A stretch of DNA of 64,000 nucleotides. Source: an uncultured virus (IMG/VR IMGVR_UViG_3300038755_000021) (taxonomy: Duplodnaviria; Heunggongvirae; Uroviricota; Caudoviricetes). The translations under genes were made by a program, and so were the position numbers. Below the pieces are notes generated by a model. It saw only the letters and a program-made list of their open reading frames with translations. It had not been told where the DNA came from and searched no databases. Shown piece by piece: positions 6,825 to 15,022 of the stretch (the stretch's first letter is position 1; each line of letters starts with the position of its first letter). The stretch covers positions 1 through 64,000 of IMG/VR virus record IMGVR_UViG_3300038755_000021. One strand, given 5' to 3'.

Positions 6825-6836
6825 GTTAAAAGGGGT

Positions 6837-7019
6837 TTAATCCCCTATGTTTCTTAGCGCAGCCTTTGGGACTGCGATTTCAGCTCCCTCAGTGAGGGTT
6901 TTGAACATTTCTTCTGTGCACTGAGCAAGACGGTTAATTACCCATCCACCCTCGGTGGACTGGAGTGTTAACCAGAACTTGCCGGATTCTGAAACAGATT
7001 TCTTAATTACTTTATACAT
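6837..7019 (-). CDS. Small hypothetical protein, first gene of the leftward block
   Basis: MYKVIKKSVSESGKFWLTLQ...; the track's upstream extension crosses a non-coding-looking repeat. Confidence 0.65.
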   Translation of the reverse strand: MYKVIKKSVSESGKFWLTLQSTEGGWVINRLAQCTEEMFKTLTEGAEIAVPKAALRNIGD

Positions 7020-7085
7020 TTCATTTAGTTTAGAGCACGGGGAGACATTTCCCGTGCCAATGATTAAAGGGGGTGTGGGTGTGCC

Positions 7086-7207
7086 GACTACTAACAAACA
7101 ATAACATTTATCACTTTTATATATATAATAATGGCGGGGGTAATTATAATGACTATTAACAAACAATAACAATTTTGTACTTTGATATATATATAGTAGT
7201 AGGGGGG
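7086..7207. repeat. Imperfect tandem duplication (65-bp spacing) ending in G-runs
   Basis: GACTAyTAACAAACAATAACA...ACTTT.ATATATATA.TA.T...GGGGG at 7086-7140 and 7151-7207. Confidence 0.85.
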
Positions 7208-7713
7208 CTATTTATACCCATTTACACCCCAATCTCTGTATAAACCAACCCAATATAATATAGTTATGGGGTACAGACCCTATATTTATTCCTCTATATC
7301 CACACTTTTAGCTATAGTTTTGCGGATTTATTTTACTATTTTTTCATTAATTACTTGTACACTAGAAACTAATATACTATTTTTACACCAATTATTTCTC
7401 AGCGGAGTTTATACTCCCCAATCCATTACCCCCAGTTTCAAGTTGAAAAACAGAATTTGTAAGGACTTTGATGGATGATGTGATATAATCTTAGTCTCCC
7501 TACCTAATGGTCAGTAAAGGGACATTGAAAACCAGGAATCTAAGTTTTATTTAAAATATGATTTCTAGGTGTTGCTGGGCAACTTAAAACAACTGCTAAG
7601 AGAAGGAACATATAGGAATAAGGACATAAAAAAGTGATGCGCTGAATCTCCAGCGTTAAATTTCTTTTGCCATTTTTTAAGATAACTATTATTTAATCTT
7701 CTAAATATTAGGG

Positions 7714-7914
7714 ATGCGGGGATGCCTTATCTTTTTATTAATGATATTTAGTTGTAACAATGAGGATGTTGAAATAGAGTATTGTGCTAGATGTTACACT
7801 AACATACAATCAGATACTCTATGTGGAACATATAGAGAGGTGAATGATTGGTTCTATGAATATTATCTAAAGAATGTGAAGGGGGAAAGTTGGCAGTGTA
7901 CTTATATTAAGTAG
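7714..7914 (+). CDS. Predicted small lipoprotein
   Basis: MRGCLIFLLMIFS-C-NNED: short signal peptide, lipobox-like Cys, acidic residues after it. Confidence 0.6.
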   Translation: MRGCLIFLLMIFSCNNEDVEIEYCARCYTNIQSDTLCGTYREVNDWFYEYYLKNVKGESWQCTYIK

Positions 7915-8114
7915 TCAATAACTTCCCTGGCAAGGACAATTGAATAAATGTAATTTATTTCCTGATCTGTATTATTTAGATCAAATGTATCCCACCTATT
8001 ATTTTGTAGTAGTTTCTTTACTTGAATAGCTGAATGTATAGTTACATCTTTTGGTAAGCCTTCTAGTATATTCTTACATAAATGAAGTGCTTCTATTTTC
8101 TTAAACTTTTCCAT
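7902..8114 (-). CDS. Hypothetical protein
   Basis: ORF in the minus-strand operon. Confidence 0.6.
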   Translation of the reverse strand: MEKFKKIEALHLCKNILEGLPKDVTIHSAIQVKKLLQNNRWDTFDLNNTDQEINYIYSIVLAREVIDYLI

Positions 8115-8415
8115 ACTTATATCTGTATAACATTAGACTAATCTCTATTAAGATTTGGTCTATTAAATATTGAGCCCAGGAATCTGGTATCAAAGCTTTA
8201 CTATCTTTAATGATATTATAGAGATTGTTGAGATAAGCATTTACCTCAACTTGCTCTATTTCATACTTAATCTTAGGTTTATAATAGTGTACAGAATAAC
8301 ATCTATAGAGGTCCCAGCTTAGTTCCTGGATTCTAATATTCTCTGAACCTGAGAGTCTAAGATTGTTATCAATAGTCATTAATTTCCCAAAAAAAATATC
8401 AATCTTTGACATCAT
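8101..8415 (-). CDS. Hypothetical protein
   Basis: ORF in the minus-strand operon. Confidence 0.6.
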   Translation of the reverse strand: MMSKIDIFFGKLMTIDNNLRLSGSENIRIQELSWDLYRCYSVHYYKPKIKYEIEQVEVNAYLNNLYNIIKDSKALIPDSWAQYLIDQILIEISLMLYRYKYGKV

Positions 8416-8484
8416 CTGCAGTTTGTAGTTTACCTTCTTGCTCTATTTTAGCTCTAAGCATTTGGGTCATTATCTGATTCTGAA

Positions 8485-8823
8485 TCATTTTGTTGAAAGC
8501 TTCTTTAGCCGCAATAATGCTTTTCTTTCTTTTTGCAGCTGCTTCCTTATGTCCTTTTCTATTTTTTGACTTTGGCATAAATTATCTAAATAAGTGTTTA
8601 ATAATAATCCTACTATATATTGATTTTTAAATTTCTGTCTGTAAGAATACATCTTTGACATTGTATAATTCTTTGCAAATACTGATAACTGCTTTTGTAT
8701 TTTTCCTTCAAGAGTAATAGTAATAGAAATGGTTTTAGTTTCTATTCCTGCCTTCATATAACCATCATCAAAAAAGTAATTTGAAAAGTAATATGTACCC
8801 CTATATTTTTCTATATGCATCAC
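8485..8823 (-). CDS. Hypothetical protein
   Basis: ORF overlapping the nuclease stop codon. Confidence 0.6.
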   Translation of the reverse strand: MMHIEKYRGTYYFSNYFFDDGYMKAGIETKTISITITLEGKIQKQLSVFAKNYTMSKMYSYRQKFKNQYIVGLLLNTYLDNLCQSQKIEKDIRKQLQKERKALLRLKKLSTK

Positions 8824-10091
8824 TTTGTTGCTATTGCTTTAATTTCTGATCTTAAATAGTTTAATTTATACATCTGGTTAAAGTGGTGGAAACTTAAGTC
8901 CCTAACTCTAAAGCCAAATTCTTCTAACATCCAGGCATAAAAGCTAATCTGCAGGTTATAGTGTATATAATTACAGTCAGCTAAATGAGATAAAGGTGGT
9001 TTCATCTTCTGATTCTTATAAGCAGATCTCTTAATTTGACGATTTGTATTATGTGTTTTAATATAATTATACCCTGCTAAATAAGTATGATCAGGACTGT
9101 CTACTGCTATACATTTAGTATCTACAGTTGGTACCTTTTCTATTTTAGTAATGAAAACATCTTGCCAACAATTCTTACTTGGATCAAGAAAACCGTTATT
9201 TAAAACTGGACATTTTATTTTTAATGTTGACTTTTCATTATATAATTCTTCAGTAGTCAATACTCTATCTGTAAAGTATAGATTATTGTCTCTAACTTCA
9301 TTATCAGTAATTACCCATTTATGTTCATGATCACAAATAATAGGTTCACCTCTACTAAAGCTTATTTTATAACAAGGATTATTATGTATTTCAGAGATGT
9401 GCTCTACTCTGGTTGGATAACCATTACCATCAAAGACAATGTCCCCGACATTAATATTTCTCATCTGAGCCCAAACAACATTGGGATTATTACTAACTCT
9501 GGTTGCTATTGGAGTATCTAGTGCTAATCCTTTGTAATCGTCAATATCTATATATCTTATATCCCCAATAGTCTCAATAAATACTTTATCTGCTTGTCCT
9601 GCAATGGTATTATCTTCATTCCAGATTAATAGTTCAGGATAAAACCCATCTTTTAAGTCATAAAGATCTTTTAATAGATTAGTCTTATCTCCAGTCTGAA
9701 CTTCTGTTATTTCAAACTTTTTACCATTAAATGGGTTTATCTCAAAACCCTGGTCATAACTCATAGCTTCTCTAGATTCATGGTATAAGTTACCCTTATT
9801 TATACTTTTAAGGTTATTCTCTCCCCAGGAATCTAATATCTTATTTTTTTCTATAAGAAGAAGATTAGGATCTACATGTTGGATAGCATATTGAATAAAA
9901 TCAGGACTATCTATATTCCATCCCTTCTTGAATGTCTTAAAATCAGGAATTAAAATCTCTAAAGCTTTATAAGTACTCCAATGTTCTTGGTTAAACTCAT
10001 TCTTATATTTACTTAATAACTTACTAACTGAGGTATAAACTTTATCCCCAGCTGTATATCTATGATCCTCTTTTGAGAATATTATTTGCAT
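8820..10091 (-). CDS. PD-(D/E)XK nuclease with a mini-intein
   Basis: SVS..L, G...H, PE, IAGQAD, D-Y-K|T and Y.LQ.S.YA motifs. Confidence 0.85.
   Translation of the reverse strand: MQIIFSKEDHRYTAGDKVYTSVSKLLSKYKNEFNQEHWSTYKALEILIPDFKTFKKGWNIDSPDFIQYAIQHVDPNLLLIEKNKILDSWGENNLKSINKGNLYHESREAMSYDQGFEINPFNGKKFEITEVQTGDKTNLLKDLYDLKDGFYPELLIWNEDNTIAGQADKVFIETIGDIRYIDIDDYKGLALDTPIATRVSNNPNVVWAQMRNINVGDIVFDGNGYPTRVEHISEIHNNPCYKISFSRGEPIICDHEHKWVITDNEVRDNNLYFTDRVLTTEELYNEKSTLKIKCPVLNNGFLDPSKNCWQDVFITKIEKVPTVDTKCIAVDSPDHTYLAGYNYIKTHNTNRQIKRSAYKNQKMKPPLSHLADCNYIHYNLQISFYAWMLEEFGFRVRDLSFHHFNQMYKLNYLRSEIKAIATK
9048..9530 (-). mobile_element. Class 3-type mini-intein (161 aa, no endonuclease)
   Basis: Starts GLALDTPI after DYK; has HKW, KCIAV and KTHN|T. 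Confidence 0.85.
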
Positions 10092-10276
10092 AAATGTTCA
10101 TTTATTTTCTTAGCTTCTTCTACAGTAAAGGTTCCATCCAATACCTTCTCTAATAACTTACTTTTTAAGTAGTCATGATTATCATTAAATAATTGCCAGG
10201 AAGGTTCTGTATAAGTGCCAGTTGATGTTAAAACCCCTCCTGTATTTCCTACTGGACCAGTTAGTGACCAATTCAT
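10082..10276 (-). CDS. Small protein with a SHOCT-like C-terminus
   Basis: LLEKVLDGTFTVEEAKKI. Confidence 0.6.
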   Translation of the reverse strand: MNWSLTGPVGNTGGVLTSTGTYTEPSWQLFNDNHDYLKSKLLEKVLDGTFTVEEAKKINEHLCK

Positions 10277-10278
10277 AA

Positions 10279-10584
10279 TTAAGGTGTTTCGTATAATAAT
10301 TTTATAGCCATATCCCTCAGTGTTTGATCTTTAGAATCTGCTAGTTCCTTTAATCTTCTAGATTCTTCTACAGTTATCCTTCCTTCAAGTATTAAGTCTA
10401 ATAAATAAGACTCAGAAAACCACTGACAAGAATCTAACTTATCCCCTATAGGCACACATTGACCATCTACACAATAACATCCATGTGTACAATCTATGGC
10501 TGACATGCAGTTAGTTCCTGAATATACTGCAACTTGTCCAGTAGCTAAACTGGAACATATAGTATTTGTTGACAAATCTTTCAT
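10279..10584 (-). CDS. Small protein: Cys-rich module plus SHOCT-like motif
   Basis: CMSAIDCTHGCYCVDGQCVP; LDLILEGRITVEESRRL. Confidence 0.65.
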   Translation of the reverse strand: MKDLSTNTICSSLATGQVAVYSGTNCMSAIDCTHGCYCVDGQCVPIGDKLDSCQWFSESYLLDLILEGRITVEESRRLKELADSKDQTLRDMAIKLLYETP

Positions 10585-10604
10585 TATCTTCTATAATTTA
10601 TATA

Positions 10605-10636
10605 CAAAGATAAAGTGTAGTATTCTATTATACAAA
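10605..10636 (-). promoter_or_regulatory. Bacteroidota primary-sigma promoter (leftward)
   Basis: TTTG-N20-TATCTTTG on the minus strand. Confidence 0.75.
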
Positions 10637-10646
10637 TAATTATTTA

Positions 10647-10678
10647 TTTGTGAGGTAAAAAACTACGTTGTACATTTG
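10647..10678 (+). promoter_or_regulatory. Bacteroidota primary-sigma promoter (rightward)
   Basis: TTTG-N20-TACATTTG. Confidence 0.75.
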
Positions 10679-10682
10679 TATC

Positions 10683-11042
10683 ATGAAGGAGAAGATAACT
10701 AGCTTTGAATACACTCAGGATAAGTTCTTATATGCTTATCTAGAGTTATTCTCTCTTTTATATATGGATAAAGATAGTCATTTAAAAGATAAGGAAAAGG
10801 AGTTTTTTATTGAAAATGTAAAGCTGAATGCCAAAGGGATACCTCTGATAGGCAAGGGTGCTTCAGCCATCCTAGATGGGGAGTTAAAATTTCATTCCCG
10901 TTCTTATAGGTTTGCTCTAAAGAAAAAAGGCTGGCTAATACAAACCAAAGATGGAATTATACTCCCCCCAGCCTTTGATTTTAAAAATGGTTATCCAAAA
11001 GAATTAATTTTTAAATTTAAATTTAGTGTTAAACAGGATTAA
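10683..11042 (+). CDS. Hypothetical protein, possibly winged-helix
   Basis: ATG 10683 downstream of the promoter; YRFALKKKGWLIQ resembles a wHTH wing. Confidence 0.55.
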   Translation: MKEKITSFEYTQDKFLYAYLELFSLLYMDKDSHLKDKEKEFFIENVKLNAKGIPLIGKGASAILDGELKFHSRSYRFALKKKGWLIQTKDGIILPPAFDFKNGYPKELIFKFKFSVKQD

Positions 11043-11253
11043 TGCAGCAATTGATGACTTCTTTATAGAAAATGGTAGGGAAGCAGAATTTATCATACTT
11101 TCTTCAGGAGCTTATGGAGAGTTTTCTTTTGAGGTTGGTAAATTAGAAGGATTATCAGATGATGACGCATATTTAAATGAAGTCTCTGTTTATAAACTAA
11201 TAACTGTAGCTGTAACGCATAATAGGCAGTTTAATGAGTTTGAAATACGATAA
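11026..11253 (+). CDS. Hypothetical protein
   Basis: Overlapping operon ORF. Confidence 0.6.
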   Translation: MLNRINAAIDDFFIENGREAEFIILSSGAYGEFSFEVGKLEGLSDDDAYLNEVSVYKLITVAVTHNRQFNEFEIR

Positions 11254-11578
11254 GAAATTAACTGAAATTGTTAGCAGGATATCAAATAAAAATTCTCTTA
11301 CAACAAAAGACACAGATGAGATAATCTCCCACTTCTTTAAAGAAATGAGAGAAACAATAAAGAGAACTGATATGCCTGAGATACTGGTTCATAACTTTGG
11401 TAGATTTAAACCTAAAGTATGGAGATTAGAAAAGATTAAAGGGTATTGTATTGAAGGTGGAAATAAAGAGAGAGAAGAACAAATTTCAGCAATTCTTGAA
11501 AGATTAGAAAAAGAAAAACGTACACGTAATGATAGGAATGGATCAACAAATATTAGGAGTACCGAAGAAGAAGAATAA
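11234..11578 (+). CDS. HU/IHF-like DNA-binding protein
   Basis: Helical N-terminus followed by ILVHNFGRFKP (HU-type FGxF motif). Confidence 0.65.
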   Translation: MSLKYDKKLTEIVSRISNKNSLTTKDTDEIISHFFKEMRETIKRTDMPEILVHNFGRFKPKVWRLEKIKGYCIEGGNKEREEQISAILERLEKEKRTRNDRNGSTNIRSTEEEE

Positions 11579-12092
11579 AGGTATGCCTGAGTATATGAAT
11601 TTTAGTCTTGTAGATTATGATCATGCAGAATTAAGTAAAGACTTAAAAGCATGGCTTAAAGATACAAGTTTTATTAAGGATTATGATAAGGTACAGATTA
11701 ATAAAACCAATCATGTTCTAGTTAGATTATACAGGTTTGAGAAAATAAATAACACATTGGTTACACCAATTGTTCAAACAAAGATCTTACCTTATTGTAA
11801 AGTAATAAAGACTTCTGATTCTTCTAATTTAAAAGTTGGTACAATATTATCTTGTCCAGAAACAATAGAAGAAATTGCAACTAATCCAACCTGGTTACAA
11901 TGGAATAAAATCATGACTGATTCTAGACCAATACCAGAAGGATTACCTGAACCTGAAAAAACAACTGGTCTTATACTTGAATGGAGGAAAAATTATCAAT
12001 TTACGTTGGATAAGCTCAATCCAACACTTGATGATAAGTTTACATTTATTCTTCCAGAATCTATGTTTAATGCTGAGTACTTAACCCCGTAA
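11529..12092 (+). CDS. Hypothetical protein, possible divergent GroES-like fold
   Basis: HVLVR...CKVIK...LKVGTIL pattern; weak. Confidence 0.4.
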   Translation: MIGMDQQILGVPKKKNKGMPEYMNFSLVDYDHAELSKDLKAWLKDTSFIKDYDKVQINKTNHVLVRLYRFEKINNTLVTPIVQTKILPYCKVIKTSDSSNLKVGTILSCPETIEEIATNPTWLQWNKIMTDSRPIPEGLPEPEKTTGLILEWRKNYQFTLDKLNPTLDDKFTFILPESMFNAEYLTP

Positions 12093-12106
12093 GGCTTTGG
12101 AAAAGC

Positions 12107-12433
12107 ATGAGAGTAAAAGATTTCTTTTCATTAGAGAGATATAAGAGTGTACTTACCTGGTTACTAAGATGGTGTTTAACTAAATTAGATGGTAAGGAAG
12201 CATTAGAATATGAACAAGTACATATTATAGAGCAGTACATGTTTAGAATAATACAATGCCAACCTTGTGTTGATAAAGGACAATGTATTCATTGTGAATG
12301 TCACATTCCAGAAAAGATGTGGGTAAGACATGATCATTGTTCTATGTCTAGATGGGGAGCATTTATGAGTAAGGAAGATTGGGAATTACATAAGAAAAAA
12401 TATAATATAAAATTTAGAATAGATGGAATTTAA
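12107..12433 (+). CDS. Cys-cluster (putative Zn-binding) protein
   Basis: CQPCVDKGQCIHCEC...CSMSRWG. Confidence 0.65.
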   Translation: MRVKDFFSLERYKSVLTWLLRWCLTKLDGKEALEYEQVHIIEQYMFRIIQCQPCVDKGQCIHCECHIPEKMWVRHDHCSMSRWGAFMSKEDWELHKKKYNIKFRIDGI

Positions 12434-12779
12434 TAATACTAATTGTGATTTAGGTGTTATTACAAAAGGATCAAAACATGAAGTTAAATTTCCTTTTGTA
12501 GGAAGTAAAGATGAGATTGTAAAAGTGCAACCTGCATGTTCTTGTACTGCAGATTGTGTAGTAGAAGATGATTGTGTAGTTGCTGTTTATACAGAGGATA
12601 GTAAATTAGGGGGAAATTATAAAGATCAATATCCTTCTGGATATTATCCTTTTCAGAAAAATATTACTGTATATTTAAAAGATAATGAAGATCTTCAAAT
12701 ACAAACAGCAGCCGGAATAGTTTATAATCCTAATAAGAAATACCAAACTCTAACATTCACAGGTAAAGTACAATTATGA
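12423..12779 (+). CDS. DUF1573-like Ig-fold protein
   Basis: DLG.I..G......F.F, VQPACSCT, K.ITVY and LTFTGKV motifs. Confidence 0.7.
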   Translation: MEFNNTNCDLGVITKGSKHEVKFPFVGSKDEIVKVQPACSCTADCVVEDDCVVAVYTEDSKLGGNYKDQYPSGYYPFQKNITVYLKDNEDLQIQTAAGIVYNPNKKYQTLTFTGKVQL

Positions 12780-12961
12780 ATTTAAAAGAGTATAATAAGA
12801 AAGAGATTGCACATTATGATCTTTCTAAGAATGGTATAACTTGTCCTAAATGTGGAGAAGATCTTTATGATGCAGCAACTTCAGCTATACCAAGATCTTA
12901 TCCTCCATTAATTGAGGTTGCATGTACTGTTTGTGAATTTAAAGGAACAAGAATAGCATGA
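12776..12961 (+). CDS. Zinc-ribbon protein
   Basis: CPKC...CTVC. Confidence 0.7.
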   Translation: MNLKEYNKKEIAHYDLSKNGITCPKCGEDLYDAATSAIPRSYPPLIEVACTVCEFKGTRIA

Positions 12962-13209
12962 AAATAACAGCAGTACCAAAAGAAGAAAAATTTGGAGAAG
13001 GATTTAGTTCATTTGAACTTTCTTTATCTGATTACCCAACTGAGGTACCATGTTGCTGTCATGTTAACAATATAGATCTTATGTATATTGGGAATAAAAA
13101 TTTTAAGATTATTAATATAGGAGAGAATTATAGTGTAAAAACATCTCTTACTAATACTAATTTTAAAAAAGGAGATTTAGTAATTCAGTATAATTGTGGA
13201 TCTAGATGA
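12958..13209 (+). CDS. Hypothetical protein
   Basis: ATGA-coupled ORF. Confidence 0.6.
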   Translation: MKITAVPKEEKFGEGFSSFELSLSDYPTEVPCCCHVNNIDLMYIGNKNFKIINIGENYSVKTSLTNTNFKKGDLVIQYNCGSR

Positions 13210-13457
13210 GGATAACTGTAGAGAAAAGGCCAAGATGTAAATCATGTGATTCAGATGATAATTTAAGATCCAATATACAATATGAATTAGATTTAGATCC
13301 AATCATGGTTGATAACAGAATATGGTTTTGGAGAGGTAATACTGGATATTTTACTGATTTAATTTTTAAAAAAATAGATAATGTATACATTTCAAAAAAT
13401 GCTAGGTATAGGCTTACTGATGTTGATAATCCTAATAACATTATCAACTTGTGGTAA
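13206..13457 (+). CDS. Hypothetical protein
   Basis: ATGA-coupled ORF. Confidence 0.55.
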   Translation: MRITVEKRPRCKSCDSDDNLRSNIQYELDLDPIMVDNRIWFWRGNTGYFTDLIFKKIDNVYISKNARYRLTDVDNPNNIINLW

Positions 13458-13737
13458 AGAAATAGACCCTCCTAGTGAATTACAGGAAGCAGCTTTTTTT
13501 CCACCATGTGATAGGAGAGTTATTTGGGGTGATACATTAAGAGTAGTTAAAAATACTATTTCAACTGGAACTGTGAGAACAGGACCATATAAAGGTAAAC
13601 AATACTGGCAAGCAATGTTGTACTCTGGAAATTATATTGAACCAACTAAGTTTCAAAATACTCCAAGTACACATAGAGTTGTAATAGCAGATACTGCTAA
13701 AATTGAATATACATCATTATTTTTTATATCAAGATGA
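13381..13737 (+). CDS. Predicted lipoprotein
   Basis: Hydrophobic stretch then LST-C-GKEID; start uncertain. Confidence 0.55.
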   Translation: MYTFQKMLGIGLLMLIILITLSTCGKEIDPPSELQEAAFFPPCDRRVIWGDTLRVVKNTISTGTVRTGPYKGKQYWQAMLYSGNYIEPTKFQNTPSTHRVVIADTAKIEYTSLFFISR

Positions 13738-13904
13738 CAAGAACAGAAGCATTGAAATTAGCATTACAATATGCTAATTATATTCCAAAAGATCTTAATA
13801 ACTCTGTCTTTGATTTCGCAGATATGATAGAAGCATATCCAAAAATGACTAATAAAGTTATGACAGGATGGTCAGAAAATAAACAAGAGGAAGAAAAAGT
13901 TTAA
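13734..13904 (+). CDS. Hypothetical 56 aa protein (not in track)
   Basis: MTRTEALKLALQYANY...; fills the gap with an ATGA overlap. Confidence 0.6.
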   Translation: MTRTEALKLALQYANYIPKDLNNSVFDFADMIEAYPKMTNKVMTGWSENKQEEEKV

Positions 13905-13906
13905 AA

Positions 13907-14137
13907 ATGAGTGTTTTAAAATTACCATCAGTGCATCAAATAGGTGCAACTGTAGATGTAGACTTCGGAAATTCAAAATATTTGAAAAGTTGTGAAGTGG
14001 TAGCAGTAAAGTTTACAGATTATGGCAAGATATTATATGATGTAAGAGTGCCTGTTAAATTTGATGATCAATCAACTGTGATTGAAAGCATTGATAGCAT
14101 ATTAGTTACAGCACCTATTGATGAACCTGTTGCTTAG
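13907..14137 (+). CDS. Small beta-barrel (SH3-like) protein
   Basis: IGATVDV...VVAVKF...ILYDV pattern. Confidence 0.5.
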   Translation: MSVLKLPSVHQIGATVDVDFGNSKYLKSCEVVAVKFTDYGKILYDVRVPVKFDDQSTVIESIDSILVTAPIDEPVA

Positions 14138-14149
14138 AAAAATTTTAAA

Positions 14150-14656
14150 ATGGTTATAGGAAATCCTGAACTTAATTTTTTTGATCAGAACCCTGAATTA
14201 AGATATATATCAGAGATTAAAAGAGCTGTAGCAGATTATTCTGATAAAGAAGCTTCAAAAATACTTTGGGCAATATATATGATTGAAGATCCAAATTCTA
14301 AATTATATAGAATACCAAAGGATAAAAGAATAGAGGAAGTTAAAAAGAATTATTATGAAATAGATTTAGATAAATTCAAAGAGCTTAGTAAAGCTTATAG
14401 TGGATTAATATCTATGTCTAAAGAGGAAAGAATGTTTAAAGTTCATGTTGATAAACTAGATGAACTTACTTCTTACTTACAAAATTTAACATTAAGTGCT
14501 CCTGATGAGTTTGAAAAGGCTTTGAAGATCTTAGAAAAACTTCCTAAGATATGGTCTGGTTTTGATACAGTTAAAACTAAACTAATTGAAAGTCATGAAA
14601 AAACAACATTGAGAGCAGGTGCAGTTGAGTCTGCTAGAGAAAAATCTCGTAAATGA
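14150..14656 (+). CDS. Helical phage protein upstream of terminase
   Basis: 168 aa ORF; function not assignable from sequence. Confidence 0.6.
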   Translation: MVIGNPELNFFDQNPELRYISEIKRAVADYSDKEASKILWAIYMIEDPNSKLYRIPKDKRIEEVKKNYYEIDLDKFKELSKAYSGLISMSKEERMFKVHVDKLDELTSYLQNLTLSAPDEFEKALKILEKLPKIWSGFDTVKTKLIESHEKTTLRAGAVESAREKSRK

Positions 14657-14835
14657 TAGAAGTACAACTTTTAAACCTTTTTGTAGGAGAAATTGCCTTT
14701 GGATTAAGGGGAGAGCATATTCAGTTATTGGATGAAGATAATGAAGTTACTGCCAATGCATATCAAATAGTGCTAGGATTAATATTTGTTCAGCTCACAC
14801 TTGTATTAAATGTAAATCCAGTTGATGGAGATTAA
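14653..14835 (+). CDS. Hypothetical protein
   Basis: ATGA-coupled ORF. Confidence 0.55.
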   Translation: MIEVQLLNLFVGEIAFGLRGEHIQLLDEDNEVTANAYQIVLGLIFVQLTLVLNVNPVDGD

Positions 14836-15022
14836 TGATCCAACATATAAAGTAGGACAATTAGTTTGGTTAAACATTCCTGAAGAAGGTTCAAGAGGAT
14901 TGATAATTGATATAGTATATTATCCAGAGATTACTACTTGGAAATATGCTGTAAGATTTCCATCATTAGATGTAGAATGGTTAACAGAATTAGAACTTTC
15001 TAAAAAGAAAAGAATAGTATAA
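14822..15022 (+). CDS. Small SH3-like protein
   Basis: YKVGQLVWL...GLII...YAVRF...W..E.EL. Confidence 0.55.
   Translation: MMEINDPTYKVGQLVWLNIPEEGSRGLIIDIVYYPEITTWKYAVRFPSLDVEWLTELELSKKKRIV

Noticed and set aside
7266..7478. 70 aa plus-strand ORF
   Set aside because: Overlaps the promoter-like element shared with 22008-22084; no supporting features.
5190..7700. tRNA genes and hammerhead or HDV-like ribozymes
   Set aside because: No cloverleaf or complete hammerhead/HDV core found by eye; tRNAscan-SE and Infernal were not run.
14150..14656. Terminase small subunit call
   Set aside because: Size and position fit, but no recognisable motif supports it.
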